Source: Streptosporangiaceae bacterium
Lineage (GTDB): Bacteria; Actinomycetota; Actinomycetes; Streptosporangiales; Streptosporangiaceae
Direction of reading: 5' to 3'
DNA length: 64,000 nt
NCBI GenBank assembly: GCA_019246795.1
Contig: JAFAPY010000210.1
Coordinates: 13,127 to 77,126 of the forward strand
The translations under genes were made by a program, and so were the position numbers. Below are positions 54,324-64,000 of this stretch, piece by piece (position 1 is the first letter of the stretch; every line of letters starts with the position of its first letter). The notes beneath the pieces are model-generated. The model was not told the origin of the DNA. It did no database searches and was given only the letters and a program-made list of their open reading frames with translations.

Positions 54324-54649
54324 CCCCCGGCTGGGCCGAGCCGGACCGCGGCCTGTTCAGCATCTCGGTCGCGGCGGAGCTGGCCGGCGTGCACCCGCAG
54401 ACCTTGCGCATCTATGAGCGGGAGGGGCTGCTGGATCCGGCGAGGACCGCGGGCGGCACCCGCCGCTACAGCCCTGACGACATCGACCGGCTCAAGGAGA
54501 TCATCATGCTGACCGCGGGCGGTCTCAACCTTGCCGGAGTGCGCCGGGTCCTGGAACTGCAGGAGCAAACCCGCCAGATGCAGGCCGAGATCGACCGGCT
54601 GCGCAAGCGGGCCACGCAGCCCGAGGCCCCAGGGAAAGCGCGCGGCTGA
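54305..54649 (+). CDS. hspR: MerR-family heat-shock repressor HspR-like
   Basis: FSISVAAELAGVHPQTLRIYEREGLLDPARTAGGTRRYSPDDIDRLKEI. The start may instead be GTG 54320 (GTGA overlap with the J-protein stop). Confidence 0.85.
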   Translation: MAAMAVTPGWAEPDRGLFSISVAAELAGVHPQTLRIYEREGLLDPARTAGGTRRYSPDDIDRLKEIIMLTAGGLNLAGVRRVLELQEQTRQMQAEIDRLRKRATQPEAPGKARG

Positions 54650-54797
54650 CCGCGTCGTCGGGTCCCCGGCGCCGCCCGCCTCCGCCGCGGCATCGGCGGC
54701 GGGCATCCCATGCTGCACATGCCAAGCATGCGCTTGACATCGCAATCATCTGCTTGGTAAAGTTTGCACGAACGAGAATCCCAGAGGAAGGCACATA

Positions 54798-55172
54798 ATG
54801 GCCAGCTACCCGACCAAGGAACTGCAGGACGAGTTCCTCAACGCGATCCGCAGGGGCCAGGAAGCCGTCATCGAGGCGGTCAGGACCTGGGTCGACACCA
54901 TCCAGTCCGTGACGCCCAGGATGCCGTCGGTTCAGCTGCCGCTCGCGGACCAGCTGCCGAGCCCGCGCGAGGTCGTGGACGGCGCCTATGACTTCGCCGA
55001 GAAGCTGCTCGCCGGCCAGCGCCGGTTCGCCGAGGACATGCTGAAGGCGACGGCCCCGCTGCTGCCGGGCAACGGCCGCAGCGAGCAGACGGCCCCGCGG
55101 CCTCAGCCTGGCGCTGTGCGGCCTCAGCCTGGCACCGCGCGGCCTCATGCTGCCGCTGCCAAGGCAGAGTGA
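54798..55172 (+). CDS. Conserved hypothetical protein (helical N-terminal part, Pro-rich tail)
   Basis: Own TTGACA-N18-TAAAGT promoter-like sequence at about 54735, AGAGGAAGG RBS, and a strong terminator downstream. Confidence 0.6.
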   Translation: MASYPTKELQDEFLNAIRRGQEAVIEAVRTWVDTIQSVTPRMPSVQLPLADQLPSPREVVDGAYDFAEKLLAGQRRFAEDMLKATAPLLPGNGRSEQTAPRPQPGAVRPQPGTARPHAAAAKAE

Positions 55173-55210
55173 CAACTGACGCGACGGCGTTAGTGCTGAT
55201 CGGAGCCGTG

Positions 55211-55250
55211 ACGCGGCAGCACCGGGAATCCCGGTGCTGCCGCGTTGTTT
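55211..55250 (+). terminator. Rho-independent terminator (16-bp perfect stem, T-rich tail)
   Basis: ACGCGGCAGCACCGGG-aat-CCCGGTGCTGCCGCGT followed by TGTTTCG. Confidence 0.8.
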
Positions 55251-55269
55251 CGTGTGCGGCTCGCGGGGT

Positions 55270-56166
55270 TCACGGGGCCGCGTCGGCCAGCGTGGGACCC
55301 GCCTGGGTGGCGCGGCCCGGCATCACCGACCAGCATGCCTGCAGCAGCACCTCGGCGAACAACTGCGGTGCGGTGATGCACACCGCGTGATCGGCGGCGA
55401 TCTCGTGGACCGAGGCGCCGGGGATGGCCCGGGCCAGCTTGAGCTGGCGGTTCACCGGCACGATCCGGTCACCGGTGGTGACGATCACCGCGGCGGGCAC
55501 ACCGACCTGGCTGATCCAGGTGTGCGACGAGAAGTCGCAGACGGCCTGGACGGCGGCGATGGCGGTGGCAAGGGAGGTCCGGCTCAGCTGGGCGCGGACC
55601 CAGGCCGCGGTTGCCGGGTCGCCGACGGGACCGAGCAGCGCCATCCCGAGAACCTCGGCGCTTACCGGCCGCAGCAGCGGGTTCCACTGGAGAGCGGCGG
55701 CGATCCCCGGCAGCGTCAGGGCGGCCAGCCTTTCCGCCGGTGTCCCCAGGACGTTGCGCGCGGTGGCGCACAGCACCAGCCCGGACAGCAGCGCGGCGTG
55801 CCGCCGGTACAGCAGCTGAGCGATCATCCCACCCATGGAATAGCCCACGGCGGCGAAGCTGCCGATGCCCAGGTACTGCGCCAGCACGGCCACGTCGTCG
55901 GCGCAGTCCTCAAGCCGGAAGGCCCAGCCGGGACGGATCCCGTCGCCGTGGCCGCGCAGGTCGAGCGCGATGACACGGAAATGACCGGACAGCGGCTCCA
56001 GGACCTTGCCCCAATTGAGCTCGGCGGTGAAGGTGAGACCGTGGATGAGCACGAGCGTGCCGGCACCGGGGGGACCGGGGCACTCCCACACCCGGGTGAC
56101 GCCGCGGCCCGGCAGTTCCACCAGCCGGCTTCGCGGAGCCGCTGCGTTGCTGAGCGCGTGCCGCAC
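55270..56166 (-). CDS. Alpha/beta-fold hydrolase
   Basis: LVLIHGL...DLRGHGDG, nucleophile elbow GYSMGG, C-terminal DH. Confidence 0.85.
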   Translation of the reverse strand: MRHALSNAAAPRSRLVELPGRGVTRVWECPGPPGAGTLVLIHGLTFTAELNWGKVLEPLSGHFRVIALDLRGHGDGIRPGWAFRLEDCADDVAVLAQYLGIGSFAAVGYSMGGMIAQLLYRRHAALLSGLVLCATARNVLGTPAERLAALTLPGIAAALQWNPLLRPVSAEVLGMALLGPVGDPATAAWVRAQLSRTSLATAIAAVQAVCDFSSHTWISQVGVPAAVIVTTGDRIVPVNRQLKLARAIPGASVHEIAADHAVCITAPQLFAEVLLQACWSVMPGRATQAGPTLADAAP

Positions 56167-56316
56167 TGCTCCTCGCTCTCGCGATACCGGTCAGCGAGAG
56201 CCGGCGACCGGCCGCAGCGCCGACAAGACCGAAAGGCCCGAATAGAGAGAGTATTCCCCGTGCGGGTGGTAAATATGCGCGCTGACTGACCCATCGAGCC
56301 TGCGCGACAGGTGTGA

Positions 56317-56955
56317 TTATGGATGCGCTGGCGTCTGGCCAGTCAGGATGTACCCGCCGCCGAACCCCATCTCGCGCACCTGCACATCGTGGAGCAGGCG
56401 CTCCAGATGCCTCCACGGCCGGTCAAATCCGCTGAAGCTCCGCACGTACGGGGCGTGCAGCATGCCAACCATCCAGTTGACAGCCATCATCATCGGGTCA
56501 GGCCACTTCGACCACGTGGCCCACTTGCCGCCGCCGGCCGCCACCCACGCCCCGGGGCGCAGCGTCGACAGCACGTTGCGCAGCGCGCCGGGGGACTGCA
56601 GGATGTCATGGACGGCGCAGAAAAGCGCTGCGTCTGCGGTGAGCGCGATCTGGGCATCCTCGGCGGAGGACTGCACGACCGTGACGTTATGCCACCCTTC
56701 GCCCGCGATGTGCTCGCGCGCCACTGCGGCCATCTCAGCTGACTCCTCGATGCCGAGCACGCTGCCCCGCGGTCCCACCTTTTCCCGCAGCAAGCCGCAG
56801 CACAGCCCGGTCCCGCAGCCCACGTCGAGGACCACCTGCCCGCGGGTCAGCGGGAGCGCGTCGACAATCGCGTGGCGGTAGGGCTGGAATGCACCGGTGT
56901 CCTGGTTGTAGGAATGGGCCTGCCCCGTGTAGGCCGACAACCGCCGTGTGCCCAT
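56317..56955 (-). CDS. Class I SAM-dependent methyltransferase
   Basis: VLDVGCGTGLCCGLL motif I. Confidence 0.85.
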   Translation of the reverse strand: MGTRRLSAYTGQAHSYNQDTGAFQPYRHAIVDALPLTRGQVVLDVGCGTGLCCGLLREKVGPRGSVLGIEESAEMAAVAREHIAGEGWHNVTVVQSSAEDAQIALTADAALFCAVHDILQSPGALRNVLSTLRPGAWVAAGGGKWATWSKWPDPMMMAVNWMVGMLHAPYVRSFSGFDRPWRHLERLLHDVQVREMGFGGGYILTGQTPAHP

Positions 56956-57076
56956 GGCTCCTCACCTGCCTTCGATGGAGCAGCATTCCCCGGCGTGTTC
57001 CCTACGGAACCTAGCTCCGATGTGCCCCATCGGGGTAAACGGCGTGTGAGTTTCACGTTACCGCGCAGCCCAGCGC

Positions 57077-57126
57077 GCTCAGTGCTTTCCGGAGCGCGCG
57101 CGTCGGGCAAGCCGCCGCGCGGCCGC
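57077..57126 (-). repeat. Copy B of the dispersed GC-rich hairpin repeat, directly abutting the stop codon at 57127
   Basis: gctcagtgctttccggagcgcgcgcgtcgggcaagccgccgcgcggccgc; 48 of 50 nt identical to 3815-3864. Confidence 0.7.
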
Positions 57127-58704
57127 TCAGGTGGTGCCGAGCAGCGGCGGGCGGCCGCCGCTGCTCGGAATCAGCTCGCGGGCCGGGTGCGTCGTCGCCG
57201 CCGGCCCGGCGGCGAAGGCCAGCAGGACGTTCCGGGTGGCGGCCTGGACCGCGCGGCTGGCCGCTGCCGGGACGGCCGGGCAGCCCGCGGCGTCGGGCAG
57301 CCCGCAGACCCAGTCCTCGGTACCGGAGTCGAACACTCCGGCGCCGCTGGCGGCGGTGTAGTAGCTGACGTCGCTGTAGGTGGGGCCCTGCGCGCCGCAC
57401 AAGACCGGGGACCTGGCGATCACCTCGATCGGGCTCGGCGTCGGCTCATCCGGGTTGACCTGGTCGAATTCAGGCCCGACCAGGCCGGGCAGCGACTCGC
57501 CGGCCCGTACCCCGCTGGCCGCCCACACCCAGCTATCCGGGTCGGTGACCACCATCGGGAAGTTGGCGGTGACCGAGCAGACATAGGACTGCCCGATCAG
57601 CGAGCTCTCCGGGTCGGCGTCCGGCGGGAGGGGCCAGTCGCCGGTGACGAGCGCGTTGTCCTTGCCATACAGCGGGTCTTCCTGCGGGATCTTGTAGTTG
57701 ACCTCGATACGGTCCGGGCCGAGCGGCGAGGACTCGAACCTGATCTTGCGGAAGATCGCGTTGGCGCCGAAAAAGGCCAGGTTCGCGCCCGAGTCCCGGG
57801 CTCGGGTCAGCGTGGCGCGCATCGCCGGTGACCAGTACTCATCGTGCGCCTCGCTGACCACCGCCCTCGCGCCGTTGAGCACGTTCGGGTCCAGGTCGAG
57901 ATCGATGCTGGTGAGAAAGGCCAGCGGCAGGCCCAGCCGGGAGGCGTACACGACGATCGGCAGCTCGATCTGGAAGTAGGCGCCGGCGCCGTTGTCGTAG
58001 GAAAGCGGGCGGTCGAAGCTGACCCGGCGGCCGCGGTCGGCGCAGCTGCCGCCCGGTCCGCCGTACAGGCTGTAGCCGCCCCAGCCGTTGTAGGCCTGGT
58101 AGGAGGTGACCGGCGAGATGAGCACCACCCGGCCGGCCACCGAGGGCGAGCGGACCACGAACGGCACGTAGTTCTGCACGCCGCTGGAGGCGTCCAGGCG
58201 CAGCAGGTACGAGCCGGGTGGCCAGTGCGCCGTCGGCACGGTCAGGCTCGGCCTCCATGGCGCGACCGCCATGGAGCCCGGCTGCTCGATCCGCTCCGCC
58301 GCCTGGTAGTGGCCGGGCACCGGGGGTGAGGTCCACACCAGGCTGGCCAGATCCCCGCCGTACCAGCCCATCCGGAACGCCAGCACCCGGAAGCCGGGCG
58401 CCGTGGTGGACACGTAGAGCCGGAACGGCGTGCCGGGCGGCACGTCGGCCGGGTCGGGGTATCCCTCCAGCTGGTACAGGTGGCCAGGCCGGGTGATCCG
58501 CCAGCCCGGGTCTCCCCGTGCGGCATTCCCCTGGCGCGCGGGACTGGCCGCCGTGCTGGCGGCCCGGCGCGGCGGCCCTTCGCGGTGCGCCGGCGCCGCT
58601 GAGCACCCCGCGACCGCGAGGACAGCCGCCACCACGCCGGCGACCACCAGCCGGAGGACCGGATCAGCGGGCGGAAACGCGTCACCACCGTCCCTTCTGG
58701 CCAT
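57127..58704 (-). CDS. Secreted/lipoprotein, N,N-dimethylformamidase beta-subunit-like (DUF6605) family
   Basis: Lipobox-like LAVAGCSAAP. SYQAYNGWGGYSLYGG and HDEYWS motifs. ATG 58704; the listed 874-aa ORF is a composite. Confidence 0.65.
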   Translation of the reverse strand: MARRDGGDAFPPADPVLRLVVAGVVAAVLAVAGCSAAPAHREGPPRRAASTAASPARQGNAARGDPGWRITRPGHLYQLEGYPDPADVPPGTPFRLYVSTTAPGFRVLAFRMGWYGGDLASLVWTSPPVPGHYQAAERIEQPGSMAVAPWRPSLTVPTAHWPPGSYLLRLDASSGVQNYVPFVVRSPSVAGRVVLISPVTSYQAYNGWGGYSLYGGPGGSCADRGRRVSFDRPLSYDNGAGAYFQIELPIVVYASRLGLPLAFLTSIDLDLDPNVLNGARAVVSEAHDEYWSPAMRATLTRARDSGANLAFFGANAIFRKIRFESSPLGPDRIEVNYKIPQEDPLYGKDNALVTGDWPLPPDADPESSLIGQSYVCSVTANFPMVVTDPDSWVWAASGVRAGESLPGLVGPEFDQVNPDEPTPSPIEVIARSPVLCGAQGPTYSDVSYYTAASGAGVFDSGTEDWVCGLPDAAGCPAVPAAASRAVQAATRNVLLAFAAGPAATTHPARELIPSSGGRPPLLGTT

Positions 58705-58824
58705 AGGCACCCACGCTAGCCCCGGCGCGCGCCCGCTTTCGCAAGGAGGCGTCGAGGTTGGCAGGAACGCGGCGGGTACGCTGCTTGGCGGCCTTGATAT
58801 CACGCCATCCGGAGCCGCCCGCTC

Positions 58825-60849
58825 ATGCTCAGCCGCGACCTCGTCGATTCCCTGTTCCCGCCGGACCTGCCCGGGCCGCAGCACTGGGAGCGCCGCTACC
58901 CGCCGCGCGGCCTGCCCGAGGGCGCCGAGGTCACCCGGTTCTCGCCGAGCCCGACCGGCTTCCTGCACATCGGCGGGGTGTACACGGCGATGATCGACAA
59001 GGACATCGCGCACCACTCCGGCGGCCGCTACCTGGTCCGGGTGGAGGACACCGACCAGGCCCGGGTCACCGCGGGCGCCGCCGAGCAGTTCGCCGAGGCG
59101 TTCGGCTACTTCGGCATCGGCCCGGACAAGGACCACGCCACCGGCGGCTACGGCCCGTACACGCAGTCCGCGCGCGAGCAGGTCTATCTCAGCTACGTCC
59201 GTGAACTCCTGCGCCAGGGCAAGGCGTACCTGGACTTCGAGACCCAGCAGGAGGCGGGGGAGAGGACCGCCAGGCAGCGGGCGGCTGGAGCGCTGCCCGG
59301 CTACTACGGGCAGTGGGCGGTCTGGCGCGACGCCCCGCAGCAGCGCGTCGCCGAACAGCTGGCGGCTGGCCGCCCCTACGCGGTCAGGTTCCGCTCGCCG
59401 GGGCTTGCCGGGAGGCGGGTCAGCTTCACCGACGCAATCCGCGGCGAGCTGACCATGGAGGACAACCGCAACGACGCGGTGATCCTCAAGCGCAGCGACA
59501 CCCGTCCGCGGCTGCCCACCTACCACTTCGCGCACGCGGTGGACGACCACCTGATGCGGGTCACGCTGGTAATCCGCGGCGAAGAGTGGATCTCCTCGGT
59601 ACCGCTGCACCTGCAGCTGTTCGCCGCGCTTGGATTCCCCCCGATCCGGTATGCGCACATCGCGCCGCTGATGAAGCAGGCCGGCGGCAGCCGCCGCAAG
59701 CTGTCCAAGCGCCACGACCCCGAGGCCAGCGTCAGCTTCTACATCGCCCACGGGTACCCGGCGCCGGCGGTGGAGTACTACCTGCGCGGCCTGGCCAACG
59801 GTCGGCTCGCCGAGATGCCCTTGCCGCAGGCCCTGGCCGAGCCGATCCGGCTATCAGAGATGGGCACCGCCGGGCCGCTGGCCGATCTGGTCAAGCTCGA
59901 CGACATCTGCGCCGACTACGTGGCCACCCTGTCCGGGCGGACGATCCTCGCCGATGTCACCGCCTGGGCGCGCCGCTATGACCCCGACCTCGCCCGGGTC
60001 CTGGACGCCGAGCCGGACCTGGCGCTGCGGGCGCTGGCCATCGAGAGGGAAGGCGTGGCCAACCCGCGCAAGGACCTGCGGAAATGGGCGGACTTCCGGA
60101 ACGTCTACGGGTACTTCTTCCCGGAGTTCTTCCAGCTGGTCACCGACCCGGCCGATCCGCGGTTCGGCGGCCTGGACCCGGACTTGGTCCGCGCCGTGGC
60201 CGCCGAGTTCGCCGGCAACTATCAGCCAACCGCGGAGGACTGGTTCGGCCAGATCCGGCGGCTCGCCGCGGAGCTGGGATTCGCGCCCAGCGGGAAGGCC
60301 TACAAGCAGGACCCGGCCGCCTACCCCGGCTCGATCGTTGAGGCATCTGCCGTCATCAGGGTGCTGCTCACCGGAGCGCGGGACAGCCCCGGCCTGCCCG
60401 CCGTCGCCGCCGCGCTCGGCCCCGGCGAGGTGCTGCGCCGCGTCGGCGCGCTGCGGTTACGGGTAAGCCTGCCCGGGGAAGATCACCGGCCCCACGCCGT
60501 GGATGGCCTGGGACCGGGCCCGGGCCAGCAGCGCCTGCGCGGCCTGAGGGCCGTTCTCGCCGGTCTGCGAAATCCGTGCCGCGATGAGCCCCGCGACCAG
60601 CGGCGTGGCGAACGACGTCCCGCTCCACCGGGCCATCCCATCGAAGTTCCGCCACGTGCCGGCGTCCGGCGGCTCGGTGCACTGGTACCGCCCCTTCGCG
60701 AACGCGTTGACCAGTCCCTCGCCGGGCGCGAAGACGTCCACCCACGACCCGTAGTTGCTGAACCGTGCCCGGCCCTGCCGGTCGGCGCTGAGGGCGCCCA
60801 CGCCGACCGCCCAGGGATAGGCGGCCGGCCAGAACGGGCGCCTCGATGA
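58825..60849 (+). CDS. Glutamate--tRNA ligase family paralog; recognisable similarity ends near 60450 but the first stop is at 60849
   Basis: Class-I signatures [13 protein letters not shown] (HIGH) and RKLSKR (KMSKS). The 3' ~390 nt overlap the convergent S8 peptidase gene. Confidence 0.75.
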   Translation: MLSRDLVDSLFPPDLPGPQHWERRYPPRGLPEGAEVTRFSPSPTGFLHIGGVYTAMIDKDIAHHSGGRYLVRVEDTDQARVTAGAAEQFAEAFGYFGIGPDKDHATGGYGPYTQSAREQVYLSYVRELLRQGKAYLDFETQQEAGERTARQRAAGALPGYYGQWAVWRDAPQQRVAEQLAAGRPYAVRFRSPGLAGRRVSFTDAIRGELTMEDNRNDAVILKRSDTRPRLPTYHFAHAVDDHLMRVTLVIRGEEWISSVPLHLQLFAALGFPPIRYAHIAPLMKQAGGSRRKLSKRHDPEASVSFYIAHGYPAPAVEYYLRGLANGRLAEMPLPQALAEPIRLSEMGTAGPLADLVKLDDICADYVATLSGRTILADVTAWARRYDPDLARVLDAEPDLALRALAIEREGVANPRKDLRKWADFRNVYGYFFPEFFQLVTDPADPRFGGLDPDLVRAVAAEFAGNYQPTAEDWFGQIRRLAAELGFAPSGKAYKQDPAAYPGSIVEASAVIRVLLTGARDSPGLPAVAAALGPGEVLRRVGALRLRVSLPGEDHRPHAVDGLGPGPGQQRLRGLRAVLAGLRNPCRDEPRDQRRGERRPAPPGHPIEVPPRAGVRRLGALVPPLRERVDQSLAGREDVHPRPVVAEPCPALPVGAEGAHADRPGIGGRPERAPR

Positions 60850-61740
60850 GTCGTTCCCCGCCGCCGCCACCAGGACCGTGCCGGCGTGGCTGCGCAGCCG
60901 CTCCTCGATGACCTCGAAGCCGAGCAGCGGGATGTCCTTCCTGCTGTTGGTGCCGAACGACAGCGATATGACCTCCGCGCCCATCTTCAGCGCGTCGCAG
61001 ACCTGCTTGGCCAGGTCGGCCTCGAAGACCGCGCCGAACTTGGCGAACGTCCTGTCCACCCACACATCGGCGCTGGGCGCCATGGTCCGCGCGACGCCCG
61101 CCGCGAATGTCCCGTGACCGGCATAGGGAAGGATGCGCGGCGGGTACCCGCCGGTCGGGTTCTCCTTCTCGCCGTCCACACCTTCCAGCCACGCGTGCTC
61201 GGCGTCCGCGCCCGGCAGCAGGCCGCTGTCGGGGATCACGATGAGCACCCCTTCGCCGTCGGACGGCTCTGCGGACACGCCCGGGTCGGGCGGCGCGTCA
61301 CCTGCGACCTCCTCCGGCTCCGTGGCGGGGCAGGTGCTGGTGGTGCAGACATAGAGGATGTGCTCTGGTGTGGCAACCCCCGTGCCGAGGGCCTGGTCGA
61401 TGTCGGTGCAGGCTTCCTCCACGCTCCGTCGTTCGTCCGCGTTGAACTCCAGCCGGGTCAGGCCACGCAGGTTGTTGTCATGCGCGACGGGGGCGCCGGA
61501 CACGATCCGGGTCACCCGGTCGATGTCGGCGTCGCGGACCAGCAGGGTACGGTGCCGGTGAAGGTAGTCGACGTTGCCGGGGTCGGCCCGGTCGGCCGGG
61601 TGAGCCGCAGCGCCTTGCAGGCCGTCCAGGATCCCAGCAATGCCGGCCAAGACCAGGCTGAGCTGCGCGTCGAGACGGCTCCGCGGCTGGTCAGGTCCCT
61701 CGTCACCGATCGTCATGGCCAACCCCATCTCCCATTTCAT
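60457..61740 (-). CDS. S8-family (subtilisin-like) serine peptidase without signal peptide
   Basis: Catalytic triad motifs VIPDSGL (Asp), HGTFAAGVA (His), [11 protein letters not shown] (Ser). About 150-aa non-catalytic N-terminal region. The start may be 61716. Confidence 0.85.
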   Translation of the reverse strand: MKWEMGLAMTIGDEGPDQPRSRLDAQLSLVLAGIAGILDGLQGAAAHPADRADPGNVDYLHRHRTLLVRDADIDRVTRIVSGAPVAHDNNLRGLTRLEFNADERRSVEEACTDIDQALGTGVATPEHILYVCTTSTCPATEPEEVAGDAPPDPGVSAEPSDGEGVLIVIPDSGLLPGADAEHAWLEGVDGEKENPTGGYPPRILPYAGHGTFAAGVARTMAPSADVWVDRTFAKFGAVFEADLAKQVCDALKMGAEVISLSFGTNSRKDIPLLGFEVIEERLRSHAGTVLVAAAGNDSSRRPFWPAAYPWAVGVGALSADRQGRARFSNYGSWVDVFAPGEGLVNAFAKGRYQCTEPPDAGTWRNFDGMARWSGTSFATPLVAGLIAARISQTGENGPQAAQALLARARSQAIHGVGPVIFPGQAYP

Positions 61741-61770
61741 CGATATTGGGAACTGTCTAGCATTATCGGA

Positions 61771-64000
61771 GTGACGCCGGGAGATCCTGATACGGGAAAC
61801 CTGCCATTGGACCCGGCTCGGTTGCTCCCCCTTGCGCTATCGCGGCCACGGGACGCTGTGCTCGCCGCCCGCACCGTGCTGGCCGGCCAGCCCGGCGCGT
61901 ACGACGCCTCGCTGGCTCACCACGCGATCGGGATCGTCCTGCGTGACCACGGGAACCTTCCCGGAGCCATCGCGGAGTTGAGGACGGCAGTGAGGCTGGC
62001 TCGTGGGTCCGGCCACCCTGAGCGCGAGATAGACGTGCAGGCCACGCTCGGCGTCGCGCTGGCGTGGACGGGCCGCAGCCGGGAAGGGCTCGCGCTCCTG
62101 GATAAGGCGGTTGAAGCTTCGCGTGGCCATGCGGCCGGGCGTGCGCTGATGCGGCGCGCGTCGGTGCTCAGAGACCTGGGCCGCTTCTATGAGGCATATC
62201 AGGACCTGAGTCACGCCCTGCCTGCATTCCGCCGGGCGGGCGACACGGTATGGGAGGCACGATCGCTGATGCACCGAGCCGAGGTCTTCCTCGCGTTCGG
62301 CGTGCCGCGGCGGGCCGTTGCGGACTTCGTCAGGGCCGAAGAGCTGTTCGCCGCCACCGGGCAGGAACTCGAGTACGCCAAAGCCCGGCACAACCGCGGA
62401 CTGACCGCGCTGAGCCTGGGCGACCTTCCCGAGGCGCTGACCTATCTTGACGAGGCAGGGAATCGCTACAACGTACTCGGTGAGACCAACCCCGATCTGG
62501 CCCTCGACCGGTGCGTGGCGCTGCTGGCCGCCGGGCTGGCCGAAGAGGCGGCGCAAGAGACAGACACCGCGCTGAGCCGGATACCTCCGGGAGGAGGCAT
62601 AGCATTCAAGCGGGCGGAACTGTCTTTGGCGGCGGCCACCGCCGCCCTGGCCGCGGGCGACCCGGCCAACGCCAGACAGCGGGCGGCTCAGGCGCGGCGG
62701 ATGTTCCGGGCGCAGGGCCGCGCCCTCTGGGAGGCGCGCGCCGGCCTGGTCCTCGCCGACGCCAGGTACGCCGCCGGGGAGCACTCGGCTGCCCTGCTCC
62801 GTTCCGCCGAGGAGGTCGCCGCCCGTCTCGACGCGTTCCGGGCCGCCGATGCGATGCAGGCGCACCTGCTCGCCGGGCGAATCGCGCTGCGCCGGGACAG
62901 CGTGGCAGCGGCCGGTCCGCACCTCGAGCGCGCCGCCAGGTCTCGCCGCCGCGGGCCGCCGCTGACCCGCAGCGTGGCCTGGCTGGCCCGGGCGCTGCAG
63001 GCCGACGCACGGGGCAGCGCCAGGGCCACCGCCGCCGCCTGCGGCCGCGGGCTGGACGCCCTGCAAGAGCACCAGGGCAGGCTCGGTGCCACCGAGCTGC
63101 GCGCCTACGGCACGGCGCACGGCGGCGAACTGGCCGAGCTGGCCCAGCGCGACGCGCTGAGGCGCGGCGACGTGCGGCGGCTGCTGTTCTGGAGCGAGCG
63201 GTGGCGGGCGACCGCGCTGGCGGCGCGCAGCGCACCGCTGCGCGGGGACACCGAGCTGGCGGCCGAGCTGGAGGCCCTGCGCAGCGTGAGCCGGCTGCTC
63301 CGGCAGACCGAGATGGCCGCCTCCCGCCGCAACGCGCTGGAGCGGGAGCGGCGCCGGCTTGAGGCCGGGGTCCGGGCCCGTACCCGCCGGGCGCTGGGCA
63401 GCCGCAAGCTGGGGGAGGAAGGCTTCGACGTCGACGCGCTCGCCGCCGACCTGGACGGGACCACGCTGATCGAGCTGGTCACGGTCGATGACGTGCTGCA
63501 CGCGGTCGTGGTGGCGGGCCGGCGGGTGCGCCTGCACACGGTGGGCGGCGTTCCGGAACGCGAGGCGCAGCTGAGCCGCTTCATGCTGCGCCGCCTCGCC
63601 CATCGTCGCCCGCAGCCGGGCGACGAGAGCGCGCTGGATTACCGGGGCGCCGTCCTGGAGTCCGAGCTGCTCGGCGCCGCCGCGGCGGACCTCGGCGACG
63701 GCCCCGTCGTCGTCGTACCGCCGGGCCGGCTCCGCGCCGTGCCGTGGACCCTGATGCCGTCCCTGCGCGGCCGTGCCGTGACCGTGGCACCGTCGGCGGC
63801 GACCTGGATGCGCGCCCGCCGCACGACACCCCCGGCGCAGCGGCGCGTCGCCCTCGTCGCCGGGCCCGGGCTGGGCACGGGGGGCGCGGAGGTCGTGCAG
63901 CTGCGCGGTCGCTATCCCCAGGCGGAGATGCTCGGCGACGGCACCGCGACGGCCGCCCGGGTGCTCGGTGCCCTGGACGGCGCGTGGCTCGCGCACATCG
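61771..64000 (+). CDS. TPR-repeat / CHAT-domain protein, 3' end outside window (absent from the ORF track because it has no stop in the window)
   Basis: Manual translation from GTG 61771 gives an uninterrupted frame: [14 protein letters not shown]...TPR-like helices ([45 protein letters not shown])...[14 protein letters not shown]...[16 protein letters not shown]...LDGAWLAHI. The last part is the CHAT catalytic-His region. Confidence 0.75.
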   Translation, partial: MTPGDPDTGNLPLDPARLLPLALSRPRDAVLAARTVLAGQPGAYDASLAHHAIGIVLRDHGNLPGAIAELRTAVRLARGSGHPEREIDVQATLGVALAWTGRSREGLALLDKAVEASRGHAAGRALMRRASVLRDLGRFYEAYQDLSHALPAFRRAGDTVWEARSLMHRAEVFLAFGVPRRAVADFVRAEELFAATGQELEYAKARHNRGLTALSLGDLPEALTYLDEAGNRYNVLGETNPDLALDRCVALLAAGLAEEAAQETDTALSRIPPGGGIAFKRAELSLAAATAALAAGDPANARQRAAQARRMFRAQGRALWEARAGLVLADARYAAGEHSAALLRSAEEVAARLDAFRAADAMQAHLLAGRIALRRDSVAAAGPHLERAARSRRRGPPLTRSVAWLARALQADARGSARATAAACGRGLDALQEHQGRLGATELRAYGTAHGGELAELAQRDALRRGDVRRLLFWSERWRATALAARSAPLRGDTELAAELEALRSVSRLLRQTEMAASRRNALERERRRLEAGVRARTRRALGSRKLGEEGFDVDALAADLDGTTLIELVTVDDVLHAVVVAGRRVRLHTVGGVPEREAQLSRFMLRRLAHRRPQPGDESALDYRGAVLESELLGAAAADLGDGPVVVVPPGRLRAVPWTLMPSLRGRAVTVAPSAATWMRARRTTPPAQRRVALVAGPGLGTGGAEVVQLRGRYPQAEMLGDGTATAARVLGALDGAWLAHI

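Noticed and set aside
61837-63996. 719-aa minus-strand ORF, the only long ORF listed for 61.8-64 kb
   Set aside because: The opposite strand encodes an uninterrupted TPR-CHAT protein with recognisable motifs. The listed ORF is Arg/Gly/Pro-rich with no domain signature.

Overview
Very GC-rich chromosomal segment with actinomycete-type gene content (WhiB, SigB-family sigma factor, many SpoIIE/PP2C phosphatases, HspR, UdgX). No rRNA, tRNA, CRISPR array or intact IS element was seen. I call about 55 protein-coding genes.

Most long ORFs in the six-frame track are antisense or out-of-frame shadows. Several listed ORFs are composites whose true starts lie internally at ATGA/GTGA stop-start overlaps.

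Layout:
- 2-8.4 kb: Fe-S oxidase, stress and membrane proteins, PAS-GAF-PP2C, SigB-family sigma factor, WhiB, SDR, UDP-glucose dehydrogenase.
- 8.4-15 kb: 1343-aa poly-HAMP hybrid histidine kinase, divergent from an ANTAR-PP2C phosphatase.
- 15-33.3 kb: a heptose-glycan island. It holds the complete ADP-heptose pathway (GmhA, HldE, GmhB fused to a GT2), two GT9 heptosyltransferases, several GT4/GT2 enzymes, a carbamoyltransferase, an SDR and a PfkB kinase. It is interleaved with partner-switching parts: a GAF-PP2C, an RsbW-like kinase, and a STAS ORF that has no stop codon and runs into a GT4.
- 33.5-37.4 kb: DUF1360, UdgX, ChaB-like protein, gene remnants, membrane proteins.
- 37.5-53.2 kb: an aryl-CoA (2-aminobenzoyl/salicylyl-CoA type) catabolic gene set, split by unrelated genes (LysM transglycosylase, frameshifted DUF222-HNH, ABC-2 exporter).
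- 53.2-55.2 kb: hsp20, divergent from a J-domain/HspR mini-operon.
- 55.3-64 kb: hydrolase, methyltransferase, DUF6605-like lipoprotein, GluRS paralog, and an S8 peptidase divergent from a TPR-CHAT gene. The CHAT gene runs off the window and is missing from the ORF track.

Most interesting signal: three leaderless-type promoters of SigB/SigF form (GTTT-N14/15-GGGTA[G/C]-N10/11-ATG) sit directly in front of the two heptose operons and the divergent DUF1360 gene. This suggests an uncharacterised heptose glycoconjugate pathway under stress or developmental partner-switching control.

Two small dispersed hairpin-repeat families and several tandem repeats are also reported.

All functional calls rest on motif recognition by eye; no database search was run.
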